Assembly (NCBI RefSeq): GCF_006345805.1
Contig: NC_043000.1
Coordinates: forward strand, 150,784,001 to 150,848,000
DNA length: 64,000 bases
Direction: 5' to 3'
Origin: Octopus sinensis
Taxonomy: Eukaryota
Shown: piece after piece, positions 40,440 through 52,840 of the stretch
Position numbering within the stretch: position 1 is the first letter of the stretch
How the letters are laid out: every line of letters begins with the position of its first letter
Translations under genes and position numbers: made by a program
Notes under the pieces: model-generated
What the model saw: the letters and a program-made list of their open reading frames with translations, nothing else
The model's database searches: none
Told to the model about the DNA's origin: nothing

Positions 40440-40925
40440 GCCCTCTAGAAAATGATTGTTTCCATTTCATACAAATATCACAGAATCTTAAAGAAAATAT
40501 TCAGTAAGGCTGTCTAGAGCTGTCTTAGAAATGTATATCCACAAATCTCTAAAACCGCAACTAAAAGTCTATGAGCACCGGGCAGACAATAAACCTACTT
40601 TAAATGTTATTGTAGAAATATGGTTAAAATAGAAAAATACCTGTCAGCAAAGATTGTATACAGAGCACTTGTAGAATCAGAGAGCATGATAAAGATGTAT
40701 ATTGGGTTAAATTGGAATATTTTAAAAATTAGATGCACACAACACACTCATTCATTTAGTCTTAGGAGCAAGTGCAGGGTTACAGCACTTTCAAAATACA
40801 TTGGACTTTTAAAGAACAGGAAAGAGCAGTACTATAATAATGTGGACTATTGTTGCAATGGCAAAGATGTACAATGGCTATTGTAGTTACTGCCATTATT
40901 CCCAGAAAATTCATGTTTTGTTATG
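40440..40925 (+). mobile_element. Penelope-like element GIY-YIG endonuclease remnant
   Basis: KIVYRALVESESMIKMYIGL...KIRCTQHTHSF...TALSKYI.LLK matches the PLE pattern IVY...YIG...FK.R...H..SF...T.LSKYIW.LK. Confidence 0.75.
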
Positions 40926-40934
40926 CATGTATGC

Positions 40935-41340
40935 ATGAGTGGCTGTGTGGCAAGTAGCTTGCTAACCAACCATATGGTTCCGGGTTCAGTCCCACTGCGT
41001 GGCATCTTGGGCAAGTGTCTTCTGCTATAGCCCTGGGCCGACCAATGCCTTGTGAGTGGATTTGGTAGACGGAAACTGATAGAAGCCTGTCGTATATATG
41101 TATATATATATATGTATATGTATGTGTGTGTTTGTGTGTCTGTGTTTGTCCCCCTAGCATTGCTTGACAACCGATGCTGGTGTGTTTACGTCCCTGTCAC
41201 TTAGCGGTTCGGCAAAAGAGACCGATAGAATAAGTACTGGGCTTACAAAAAAATAAGCCCCAGGGTCGATTTGCTCGACCAAAGGCGGTGCTCCAGCATG
41301 GCCGCAGTCAAATGACTGAAACAAGTAAAAGAAAAGAAAG
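40935..41340 (+). mobile_element. SINE family B copy
   Basis: Identity to 24958-25365. Confidence 0.9.
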
Positions 41341-42182
41341 AAAGAAATATATATTTGTGCATGCATGAGCATGTATGTATATATGTAAGTATAAGCTTGA
41401 CAGAATTGAAGCTTTCTTCTTGCACTGGCAATTATAAGGGCATCTGCTGTAGCCGTTGTATGTTTTTGCCTTTGAAGGTAAAGGTATGTGTAAGTGTGCA
41501 TGCTTGTGTGTATACGCTCTGGGCTGGGTTGTTCAGGATAGTTGTGAACAACTCAGCCTGAGGTGAGATTGTCACCTTTTGATACAGTCAACACTCACAC
41601 ACATGCATGCTTGTGTGCACGCGTGCACACTTTTAGCTAAGACTGAGCAGCTAGAAACAAATGTGATCGATTGTTTTGTTTCTTCAATTCTACACATTGT
41701 TCAGTTACTTTCTGTATTTTACTTCATTATATTTTTATTAGTTTCTGCTAAGAAGAATTTTGTTTGTGTAGCAATATGAAAAAAAACCAAAAAAAAAAAA
41801 AACCCCAAAAACTTTTGGCTTCAGGAGTTTTTGTTTTGCACACTTTTTCAGCGTATGCTGAGTTTTTTCCTTCTCTCTCTTCCATATTGTTCAGACTTGT
41901 CAGATATTGGCCATATAGCAAATTTTCTTGCTAACCTCTTAATATGACATTTTGTAAGCTTATTTTCAGTTTTGTTTTTTTTTTTATTCTTTTGGTTTTT
42001 TTTTCTTTAATAATTTATGTTGTTTCTCCATTTTCCTATCATCTGTCTGTCACTTTAGCTTGTGTTTTATTGTTTTGTTGGCTCCTCGAAGATGGAAAAG
42101 ATTTTATTTGTTGTCTGTGTTTTGAAGCTATTTCTATTAGTTTCTCTTTAGTTTTTTCACAAGATATTTTCTACTAGATATA

Positions 42183-42595
42183 TTACTCTTTTACTTGTTT
42201 CAGTCATTTGACTGCGGTCATGCTGAAGCACCGCCTTTAGTCGAGCAAATCGACCCCGGGACTTATTCTTTGTAATCCCAGTACTTACTCTATCGTTCTC
42301 TTTTGCCGAACCGCTAAGTGACGGGGACGTAAACACACCAGCATCGGTTGTCAAGCAATGCTAGAGGGACAAACACAGACACACAAACATATACACACAC
42401 ATGTACATATATATATATATATATATATATGCGACAGGTTTCTTTCAGTTTCCATCTACCAAATCCACTCACAAGGCATTGGTCGGCCCGGGGCTATAGC
42501 AGAAGACACTTGCCCAAGATGCCAGGCAGTGGGACTGAACCCGGAACCATGTGGTTGGTTAGCAAGCTACTTACCACACAGCCACTCCTGCGCCT
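42183..42595 (-). mobile_element. SINE family B copy
   Basis: Reverse complement of the family consensus. Confidence 0.9.
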
Positions 42596-42959
42596 ATTAC
42601 CAAATATTTTTGTAGTTCCACAGTTGATATTTAATAATTTTTTAGTTGCAGAAGACCTCTCTTTATTTATGATAAATATAAGTTTCATGAGTTGGATTTT
42701 AGATGGTGTTTTCTAAAGGTAGTCATTATTTTTCTTGTCCAGTTGTGAATATTACAATTATAGTTTATTACTAGAAAAGCTAGATTATTGATATTTATTG
42801 CCTTATTTTTTTCCACCTTATTTCGTTCTTTTATCTCATTTAGTTCTGTTACTTTATTTAGCTCTGTTACTTTATTCAATTCTCTTTTAGATATTAATCT
42901 AATGTGCTTTATATTGTTCATGCTTTACTTTTTCTCTCATTCATGCATGTGATTTGTAA

Positions 42960-43352
42960 CTCTTTTACTCTTTTACTCTTTTACTTGTTTCAGTCATTTG
43001 ACTGCGGCCATGCTCGAGCACCGCCTTTAGCTGAGTAAATCGACCCCAGGACTTATTCTTTGTAAGCCTCGTACTTATTCTATCGGTCTCTTTTGCCGAA
43101 CCGCTAAGTTACAGGGACGTAAGCACACCATCATCGGTTGTCAAGCAATGTTGGGGGGGACAAACACAGACACACAAACATATACACATACATATATATA
43201 TATATACATATATACGACGGGCTTCTTTCAGTTTCCGTCTACTAAATCCACTCACAAGGCTTTGGTCAGCCCGAGGCTATAGTAGAAGACACTTGCCCAA
43301 GGTGCCACGCAGTGGGACTGAACCTGGAACCATGTGGTTGGTAAGCAAGCTA
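42960..43352 (-). mobile_element. SINE family B copy
   Basis: Reverse complement of the family consensus. Confidence 0.9.
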
Positions 43353-43699
43353 TTAATTCCTAAGAATTTTTGCCTGCTTTCTCTAATTTTCCTGTCCCTG
43401 CTTCATTATCAAACACAGTAGCAGTGGCTTTTGTTAATTTTCCTATCTTCAGAATTGCAAAAGTACATTTTCCTAATCGAAATTGCAAATACAATCCTCC
43501 TTTGAGCCCATGTGCTGTCTGCAGCATCGTTTCCAGTTGTTTATCATCTACAGTAGACAACTTGAGGTCATCCTTAAGCAAAATAACATTCATGGCTGAG
43601 ATTAGATTGACTTAGCATGTCAGTGAAGGTGTAAATGCTTGGCAAGAAATGAGTGGAAAAGGCAGTCTCCTTGGAATAATCCTCTTTCAATAGGGAAAA

Positions 43700-44112
43700 G
43701 CTTTCTTCTTCTTTTTCACCTTCTTCTTCTTCTTCTTCTTCTTCTTCTCTTCTTCTTCTTCTTCTTCTTCTTCACCTTCTTCTTCTTCTTCTTCTTCACC
43801 TTCTTCACCTTCTTCTTCTTCTTCTTCTTCTTCTTCTTCTTCTTCTTCTTCTTCTCCTTCTTCTTCTTCTTCTTCTTCTTCTTCTCCTTCTTCTCCTCCT
43901 TCTTCTTCACCTTCTTCTTCACCTTCTTCTTCTTCACCTTCTTCTTCTTCTTCTTTACCTTCTTCACCTTCTTCTTCACCTTCTTCTTCTTCTTCTTCTT
44001 TACCTTCTTCTTCTTCTTCTTCTTCTTCTTCACCTTCTTCTTCACCTTCTTCTTCACCTTCTTCTTCACCTTCTTCTTCTTCTTCTTCTTCTTCTTCTTC
44101 TTCTTCTTCTTC
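43700..44112. repeat. ~410-bp interrupted (CTT)n/(GAA)n trinucleotide array
   Basis: Direct reading. CTT with CAC, CTC and TAC interruptions. Confidence 0.97.
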
Positions 44113-44394
44113 AAGCTTCTGAATTATTTGCTGTTTATTCATGACCTGTTTACTGCAGCTTCTTATTGTTGTTGCTGTCTTACTTATGGCTAATGTTTCC
44201 AAGACTCCACAGCCAAGGAATTCTATCAAATGCTTTCTAGTTCTCAATCCAAGACATGCTCAGTTTCTTCAGTTTTACTTGTTGATCAGTAATTGATCTT
44301 TTTCAACCTCATGAGGTTTTGCAACATCCTTTCTCTTCTTCTGAAAACAAGTTTTTTTTTACAGATACTTATCCACTACAATATTATTGATAGT

Positions 44395-44776
44395 GAGGCA
44401 TAAAAAGCACCATCCGTTCGTGGCCCTTGCCAGCGCTGCCCCGAATGGCCTCCGTGCCGGTGGCACGTAAAAGCACCATCCGTTTGTGTCCGTTGCCAGC
44501 CTCGCCTGGCCCCCGTGCTGGTGGTACGTAAAAGCACCATCCGTTGGTGTCCGTTGCCAGCCTCGCCTGGCCCCTGTGCCGGTGGTACGTAAAAGCACCA
44601 TCCGTTTGTGGCCATTTGCCAGCTCGTAAAAAGCACCCACTACACTCGCGGAGTGGTTGGCGTTAGGAAGGGCATCCAGCCGTAGAAACACTGCCAGATC
44701 AGACTGGGCCTGATGCAGCCTTCTGGCTTCACAGACCCCAGTTGAACCGTCCAACCCATGCTAGCATGGAAAGCGG
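44395..44776 (+). mobile_element. RTE 3'-UTR copy (family A) with four tandem 61-66-bp units
   Basis: gtaaaagcacc recurs at about 44400, 44467, 44528 and 44589. Confidence 0.88.
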
Positions 44777-46187
44777 ACGCTAAATGATGATGATGAGGCT
44801 TTATATACTACAAGTGTACTTGTTCTTTTGTACATCGACATCTTTGGCGATGTTCTGCTGTATATACTCATCCACTCCCAAGTTATTTTACATCTCTTTC
44901 TGGTGGTACTACATTGATTTCTATTTTATTTTTACCTAGTTCTTTGGAAATCATTTTGGATTGGAGTTCAACTGTTTGTTTTGTTCGGAAGGTTATTGTG
45001 ACAATGAATTATTTTTGCAATTTAGCAAGAAACTATAGTTTTAGATGTTTTTGGATTTTGGTGCTTCTTTTTTGTTGGTTATGTTTCTGTATTATTTGTC
45101 TTTCTGCTTTCTCTTTTTATTCGTTTCTGTCATTCTACTGAGAGATCTTTCTTTCATTTTCCAGCTTCCTTCATATGTTTGTTTTTCCATGATGTTTACT
45201 TATTAAGATTATTATGTTTTCAACCATTTCATGCAAGCTTCTACTGCACCACACTGTGTCTGTGTTGTTTTGTCTCTTACATAAGTATGTATGTACGTAT
45301 GTATGTATGTATGTATGTATGTATGCATGCATGCATGCTACATCTGATTGTTACTCTGTTGTTTGGTTTGACTTGTTGTTTCTTGTGTTATTTTCGTGTT
45401 TAGTCTGTTGGATACAATACATTCTTGTAAGTTTTTGTTGTTTATTTAAAAACGTTTCTGGATGGTGGTAGTGTTTCAAATGTGTGTGAGTTGTGTTATG
45501 TGTTATAAGACTGGGTGATAATTGTGCAGCATATGTGCTATGTAGGTGGTACTCGTGTAGAATGTGAATTGTATGAGTTGTTGTTGGTGTGTGTGTGGGA
45601 GGTTTTCTAATATCATGTGCTGATTATGTAAGCATATGCATTGTATTATGTAGAATATATGCTGTGTGGGTTGTATATGCATTATTCAGTGGTGATTCTG
45701 TTGACGGTGTGTAATGTTATTTTATTATGTGATGATTGAAGAGAGTATGTGTTGTATGCAATGTACTGTGAGTGTACAGCTTGTGTTGCTATTGAATTTA
45801 AAGTGTTTTGAGTAGAATGTGGGCTTCATCTAGCAGGGCTATATTTTTTTTACTGTATTTAGTTGCTAATCCCGGTATAATTTTTTATGTTTTGTTATTT
45901 GTGCTATTTTCTTCATAACTAGTGCTCGAGTTATTTGTTTTTACCTTTCATATCTTGTATCCTTCACACTTACATTTAAAGATCCCATACTTTGACAGTT
46001 TCTTGACCCCCTTATGATGATAGAATCACTAGAGTGGCATGTTGAATGTCTTGCAGTATTTAGTTAGGTCTCTATCCACTCTCAGTTTTAATTTGCATTT
46101 TCTCAGTTCAGGTTCATAAAATAAGTACTAGTGGAGTATCTAAAAATTCACAAAAATATTATGGGCTTGTGCTTGCTTATGTTAAAA

Positions 46188-46225
<38 letters not shown>

Positions 46226-46228
<3 letters not shown>

Positions 46229-46769
46229 TGAGTAAGAGAACAGCTTATGTCATCAAAGTGATACTGGGGTACAAATATACAAAACCCAATATACCCATCA
46301 TGACTACCCTTTTGATAAGGGTACACCAAGTACATGCATCACAACCATATGTGTATGACATGGTGACCTCATATCAATATAAACTGCACATGACCTTGCA
46401 GCGGGGGCCCAGTTAGAATTTTCTTCAGCTCAAGTTATTCATTCTGCTCAAAATGTCATTGAATAAAAGTTGTTTAAGGATGATGAATGAAACACCCATG
46501 TTTCAAGAAGTGAATTATTCAAACCTTAAAGAACTCTTCTCAACACATGGCTATGATATTCCATTACTACTACTGCTCATGATTATGCACATATTGTCGG
46601 CCACTAATTAATTGATTAAGGTCAAATAACTGACTAGCAAATATGCATTATTTTTTGCAAACTTTTTGCTGAAGCACATCTTTTTCATCAAGGCAAAACA
46701 TGTACATGTTAACACTTTCAATCAGTTAAGATCAGAAGGCATGAGAGCCACAACTTGTACTGCATCAAA

Positions 46770-46780
<11 letters not shown>
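46226..46780. repeat. Unclassified interspersed repeat bounded by (TAT)n and (CTA)n
   Basis: Resembles a high-copy octopus repeat from recollection. Single copy here and class not determinable. Confidence 0.4.
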
Positions 46781-46818
<38 letters not shown>

Positions 46819-46859
46819 TTCTCCTCCTCCTCCTTCTCCTCCTCCCCCCGGCCCATCAT

Positions 46860-48690
46860 TTCAGTATTCTGGTAAGACAGATGCAGGAGAAATACCTAGC
46901 CAAAGATAAACCTCTGTACCTGACTTTCATTGACATGGAGAAAGCCTTTGATAGGGTCCCCCAATCCCTTATCTGGTGGTCCATGAGGAAACTAGGGATA
47001 GATGAATGGTTAGTGAGAGCTGTGCAAGCCATGTACAGAGACACTGTCAGTAAGGTGAGGGTTGGCAATGAGTACTATGAAGAATTCCGGGTAGAGGTAG
47101 GAGTCCACCAAGGCTCAGTCCTCAGCCCCCTCCTATTTCTTATAGTCCTCCAGGCAATAAGAGAGGAATTCAAGACATGATGCCCCTGGGAGCTCCCCTA
47201 TGCTGATGACCTTGCTCTAATTGCTGAGTCACTATCTGAACTAGAGGAGAAGTTTCAGGTGTGGAAGCAAGGATTGGAATCGAAGGGCCTTAGCGTCAAC
47301 CTAGCTAAAACCAAAGTCCTAGTAAGTAGGAAGGCAGACAAATGACAAATCCCTTAATGTAGATGGCCCTGCTCGATCTGTAGAAAAGACGTAGGTAGAA
47401 ACTCTATAAGATGTACCCAGTGTAAGCTTTGGACACATAAGAGGTGCAGCCATATCAAAGGAAGGCTAACTGGGAAGATAGTTTTTGTATGTGGCAGATG
47501 CTCAGGATCAATAAACACTGAAAATGTGCAGAGAACAACTTCTGCTACATTGATAGCTTCCATTACCTTGGTGACCAAGTCAGTAGCGGGGATGGGTGCA
47601 CTAAAAGTGTATCTGCTAGAATAAGATTAACCTGGGAAAAGTTCAGAGAACTCTTATCACTGTTGGTGACAGAGGGCCTCTTGCTCAGAGTAAAAGGTAT
47701 ACGAACAGCCATGCTACATGGCAGTGAAACATGGGCCGTGACTGCTAAGGACAGGCATAAGCTTGCAAGGAATGAAACCAGTATGCTCCGCTGGATGTGT
47801 AATGTCAGTGTTCATACTTAACAGAGTGTAAGTACCTTGAGAGAAAAGTTGGACCTGAGAAGCATCAGATGTGGTGTGCAAGAGAGATGGCTGTGCTAGT
47901 ATGGTCATGTGGTAAGAATGGATGAGGACAGCTGTGTGAAAAAGTGTCACACTCTAGCAGTTGAGGGAACCTGTGGAAGAGGTAGACCCAGGAAGACCTG
48001 GGATGAGGTGGTGAAGCATGACCTTTGAACATTAGGCCTCACCGAGGCAATGACTAGTGACTGAGACTTTTGGAAATATGCTGTGCTTGAGAAGACCCGG
48101 CAAGCCAAGTGAGACCATAATCTGTGGCCTATGCCAGGGGTGTAACCAGCCCACTTATGCATACCTTTCCTTCATTGGACACTAAACTCTGCTTGTGAAG
48201 ACCTGTTGAGGCAAGTGAAATTGAAATCGAAATCAAATTCGATGACTGGCATCCGTGCTAGTGGAGCGCTAAGAGCACCATCCGAGCTTGATCGTTGCCA
48301 GAGCAGCTGACTGGCTTCCATGTCGGTGGTATGTAAAAAGCACCATTTGAGCATGATTGTTACTAGCATCGCCTTACTGGCATGTGAATAAATATTTGAG
48401 CGAGGTCATTGCCGGTGCCACTGGACTGGCTCCTGTGCAGGTGGCACATAAAAAACGCTGTTTGAGCATGGCCATTGCCAGTACCGCTTGACTGGCCCTT
48501 GTGCCAGTAGTATGTAAAAGCACCCACTGCACTCTCAGAGTGGTTGGCATTAGGAAGGGCATCCAGCTGTAGAAACTCTGCAAGATCAGACTGGAGCCTG
48601 GTGCAGGCATCTGGTTCACCAGTCCTCAGTCAAATCGTCCAACTCATGCCAGCATGAAAAGCAGACGTTAAACGATGATGATGATGATGA
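46860..48690 (+). mobile_element. 5'-truncated RTE LINE with RT fragment, 3' UTR and (GAT)n tail
   Basis: ILVRQMQEKYLAKDKPLYLTFIDMEKAFDRVP...GVHQGSVLSPLLF...YADDLALIAES. Ends gacgttaaacgatgatgatg. Confidence 0.92.
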
Positions 48691-50154
48691 TATATATATA
48701 ATGTTAGTTCATAGCTGTATCCTACACCAGTTTTGTATAACCAGCCCCAGCCCATTCCAAAGTACTTTGGATCGTAGGGTGACCTGCTGTGCTTGAGGAG
48801 ACTTATTGAGTCAAGTACATCAACATCAAAATGAAAATCAAATGGAAATTGTAGTTGCGATACCTATGCTGGTGGCATGTAAAAAGCGCCATCCGAACGT
48901 GGCTGATGCCAGCGCAGCCTTGACTGGCTTCTGTGCCATTGGCGCATAAAATGCACCAACCGATCGTGGCTGTTTGCAGCTCCCTCTGGCCCCTGTGCCG
49001 GTAGCATGTAAAGAGCATCCACTACACTCATGGAGTGGTTGGCGTTAGGAAGGGCATCCAGCTGTAGAAACACTGCCAGATCAGACTGGAGCCTGGTGCA
49101 GCCTCCTGGCTTCCCAGACCCCAGTTGAACCGTCCAACCCATGCTAGCACGGAAAACGGATATTAAACGATGATAATGATGATGATGATTTATATATATG
49201 TTATATCATATTATATATAACTGACTGTATGGTAAGAAGTTTACTTCCTAACCACGTAATTCCAGGTTCAACCCCACTGTGTGGCACCTTGGGAAAGTGT
49301 CTTCTATTATAGCCCCAGGCCAACCAATGCCTTGTAAGTGAATTTGGTAGAGAGAAACTGTGTAAAAGCCCATCATGTATGTGTGTCTGTTTGTGTTTGG
49401 CCCCCATCACTGCTGGACAACCAGTGTTGGTTTAGCAAAGTATCTCATAGAATTAGTATTCAAGTTGATTTGTTTAACTAAACTCTTTAGGGTGGTGCTC
49501 CAGCATGGTTGCAGTTCAGTAGCTGAAACAAGTAAAAGATTATATATATATATATATATATATTTCGTTATTGCCCACAAGGGGCCAAACATAAAGGGGA
49601 CAAACAAAGACAGACAAAGGGATTAAATCGATTACATTGACCCCAGTGCGTAACTGGTACTTTATTGACCCCGAAAGGATGAAAGGCAAAGTAGACCTCG
49701 GTGGAATTTGAACTCAGAATGTAAGCATTTTGCCCAGTGCACTAACGTTTCTGCCAGCTCGCCGCCTTGATAAGCTTTTGCATAATTCCTGTCTATTTCA
49801 CTCAGAAGTTATTGGTTGACCCCACGCTATAGCAAATGATATTTGCCCAAGATGCTATGTGGTGGGATCAAATCCAGGATCTCCCTATTGCTAAATAGAT
49901 TTCTTTACCAATCGGTCATATTGCATCTACATATAAATTATGCATCCTCATGATCACTATTATGATGATGATCATCACCATCATTTAACCTTTGCTGACA
50001 TATGTTGGATGACTCAGGGTTTGACTTGGAAGATTGTAATTAAACTCCAGTGTCCATTTTGGCATGGTTTCTTTGACTAGATTCCCAGAATGTACTGGTT
50101 GCTATTTTTCATAGCATCAGCACAATTGAATTAGTCAAATATATATACATATAT

Positions 50155-50551
50155 ATTATATATATATAAAGCTGAAGTTGTCTGTGTTTGTGTGTGTGGC
50201 AGGCTTGGTAGCCTTCAACTAACACTATCTCCTCTGAGACCCTGCGGTACAAGTTGACCAAAATTGAGAGTATGATAGAAGGCTTGCTCTTCTTTCTGTA
50301 GAAGAAAAAATTCAAATCGAACCATGTTAAATTCAAAAATTATTAACATCAAAAAGGTGCTTTTTTTCTATGAAAATCCCTATTTTTTACGATTTTTTGA
50401 CTGCTGTGTTGCAATTTTTCGGTGTATTTCAACCAGAAAAATGTTTACTTAAAGAGAATAACAAGCTACATAATGCAAAATTTTTACATTTCAAAAATTC
50501 CAATTCTAAAGGGTCGAAACAAGCCCGAGCAACGCCGGGTGATACTGCTAG
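50155..50551 (+). mobile_element. Non-autonomous Helitron
   Basis: 3' hairpin cccgagcaacgccggg (50524-50539) followed 8 nt later by CTAG then T. The 5' start lies in tatatataaagctgaagttg, so the exact 5' end is uncertain. Confidence 0.75.
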
Positions 50552-50902
50552 TAACCTATAAGATTAACCCCCTCCTCAACTGAGTGGGAGTATACGAGAA
50601 AAGGAGAGGGCAGTTTATGTTGGATGTTGAGAAGTTCAATTATGACTGAAGGGCAGGAACAGGTTTCTTGCAATAGGGGAGATACATGGCTATCAGGAGT
50701 AATTGGGGTGGAACAAGAGAGGTGAAGTAGGTAGTGGTGATAAAGTGCCAGACACCCTTTTTATAGATATACATGTCTTGGTATACATGTATATCTATTT
50801 AATGTCTCATTCTCTGTACCACTCCCCCCCCTCTCTCAGTCTCATGTACAGAAACATGTCTGAAGTATATGTGAGTTGTTAAACTCACCCACATGCACAC
50901 AC

Positions 50903-50939
<37 letters not shown>

Positions 50940-51934
50940 TGCACACATGTGCATAAGTGTTTTCTACCATGTCCCCAGGGTTGACCAGGGCCTTGTTTAT
51001 TTGTGTGTGTCTGTGTCAATGAGTGTCACCGTCATGCAAGTGATGTCCTTCATTTCCAATCTTCTGTGAAAACATGTCTGATATTTTGGGGGAAATATTG
51101 CCTTATTTGGAAATCGTTGAGGGTGTCTGGCCATAGAAAATCTGCTTTAGCAAATTCCATCTGACCTATGTTAGAATGGAAAAGTGGACATTAAAATGAT
51201 GATGATGATGGTGGTGATGTTTTCTTGCATTGGTTTGGCCAATGACAAACAGTGGTACATCATCCATTTTAGCTATTTAAATAGAAGTTGAACTGTTTTG
51301 TCTCTCTTCTATCACCAAGCTTTTACTTTGCATCCATGAATAAGCTATATAATATCTCTCTGTGTCTCTGTCTCTGTCTCTCTTTCTCTACTCAGCTCCT
51401 CTTTGGTTGTGCTTCAATAGAATAGAATTGGCTGGCTTAAATCCTATAACATGTTAAGTTGGATGAAAAGTCATTTGGTGATTGTTATTTCTGCTTCTTC
51501 AGAAACACATTATCTGCTTTTCCTGTTTACTACTGACCAGTATCTATTTCTATACATTGACCTTATAAATAAGAAAAAAAAATATTTATGGACACTTTCT
51601 ACAATACAAATTATTCAACTGACCTTGCGAAGGAAGAAAATATTTACGACCATTCTCCCAATACATAATACGCACACACATTTCTATTAAAATCATGTAA
51701 TCAAATAGTTATTTTTCATTTTCGTGTTTTTGTGACCTGTACTTGCAAACCATGTAATACCTATATGCTATTGAATTATTATACCAACAAGACCAGAAGA
51801 GGTCTGTTTTCTGTTGATATGCAGGAAATGAAGAAAAAGTGATATATAATTCTTCTTTTTTCTATGAATATTCTTTTTATCATATAAAGAAATTGTGTAT
51901 GCTACATAATAAACACACACCCACGCACACATAT

Positions 51935-52147
51935 ATATGTGACTGTGTGTGTATCGTTGGCGATTTTTTTTCTTCCATCTTCCCTTCCTTGGATCTTTCC
52001 TTTTCCTATGTTTCTGACGAAGAGCTCTGTCCGAAACATTAAATCCTCCTTTCTTTCTTTCCTTTCCTGAGCGTCCAGTAACACTATACTTGTTCTACGT
52101 CCTCGCATTGTTGTGTTTTCTCTTTGTGTGTTCATGTTTGGATTAAC

Positions 52148-52150
<3 letters not shown>
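51935..52150 (+). mobile_element. Penelope-like terminal-repeat fragment (second family) with degenerate minimal hammerhead motif
   Basis: CTGACGA-A-GAGC-TCT-GTCC-GAAA-CA-TT at 52014-52040. Microsatellites on both sides. Confidence 0.45.
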
Positions 52151-52227
<77 letters not shown>

Positions 52228-52415
52228 CTATCTATATATATTTTTTATGCGTATATATGTATGTGCATATTTATATGTGTATATGTATGTATATATGTAC
52301 ACACACCCACACATAAATAATATTGTTAAAGGTATGCTCTATATCTGACTGAAATTAATGTTAAGTCATGGAGGGTGGCAAACTTTACATTTTACGTGGT
52401 ATGTTGTTAGAGATG

Positions 52416-52643
52416 TTAACCCTTTCGTTACTGTATTTATTTTGAGATGCTCCATGTTTCTTTCAATTACTCTAAATATAACAAAGAATTTAGTAAAATA
52501 ACTTAGTTATCATTAAGCTAGTGTTAGGAACATAAATTGTGACCAAGGTTTCGTGGAAGATTTTAACTGAAAACTTATGAAAACAAGACATTTGTACTCA
52601 GAACCAGAGCCGGTTTCAGCCAGGTTGGTAATGAAAGGGTTAA
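52416..52643 (-). mobile_element. piggyBac-like MITE, inverted copy of the 7233-7460 family, 80 bp upstream of a RELCH exon
   Basis: ttaaccctttcgttac ... gtaatgaaagggttaa. Same length, and the body is the reverse complement of the 7.2-kb copy. Confidence 0.87.
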
Positions 52644-52723
52644 TCGGTTTTAATTCAGTGTCAAAAGATATTTTAAATTGAAGCATCTTCTTTATATCGT
52701 TGTCTCTCTTTCTTTCTTTCCAG

Positions 52724-52840
52724 TTGTGCTCCCACGCCTGGCTGCCATGGCTCTTGCTAATAACAGTTTAACTAACGAAATCAAAAAGACCGATGTTGCT
52801 CTGCAGCTTTTTGAGGCCTACAGCGCCATGTCTTGTTGCT
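52724..52840 (+). CDS. RELCH: RELCH/KIAA1468 homolog, antepenultimate coding exon (117 nt, phase 1 to phase 1)
   Basis: Acceptor tctttctttccag|. Translation xVLPRLAAMALANNSLTNEIKKTDVALQLFEAYSAMSCC aligns with recalled human RELCH FVIPHLHKLALVNNLQIVDSKRLDIATHLFEAYSALSCC. Ends at GTATCCTT donor. Confidence 0.92.

Larger units (their letters stand above)
41800..45900 (-). mobile_element. Decayed R4/Dong-like non-LTR retrotransposon, fragmented by SINEs and a (CTT)n array
   Basis: LLKDDLKLS...QLETMLQTAH...LQFRLGKCTFAILKIGKL (43360-43593) matches the YMDDLKLY...MQFGLDKC pattern. SWI...KAFDRIP near 44220. LYGQY near 41910. Confidence 0.65.

Noticed and set aside
43639-44247. 184-186-aa poly-F, poly-E and poly-K ORFs
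   Set aside because: They are translations of the (CTT)n array.
44395-44640. CRISPR-like repeat/spacer appearance
   Set aside because: Units are whole tandem duplicates without unique spacers, in eukaryotic DNA with no cas genes.
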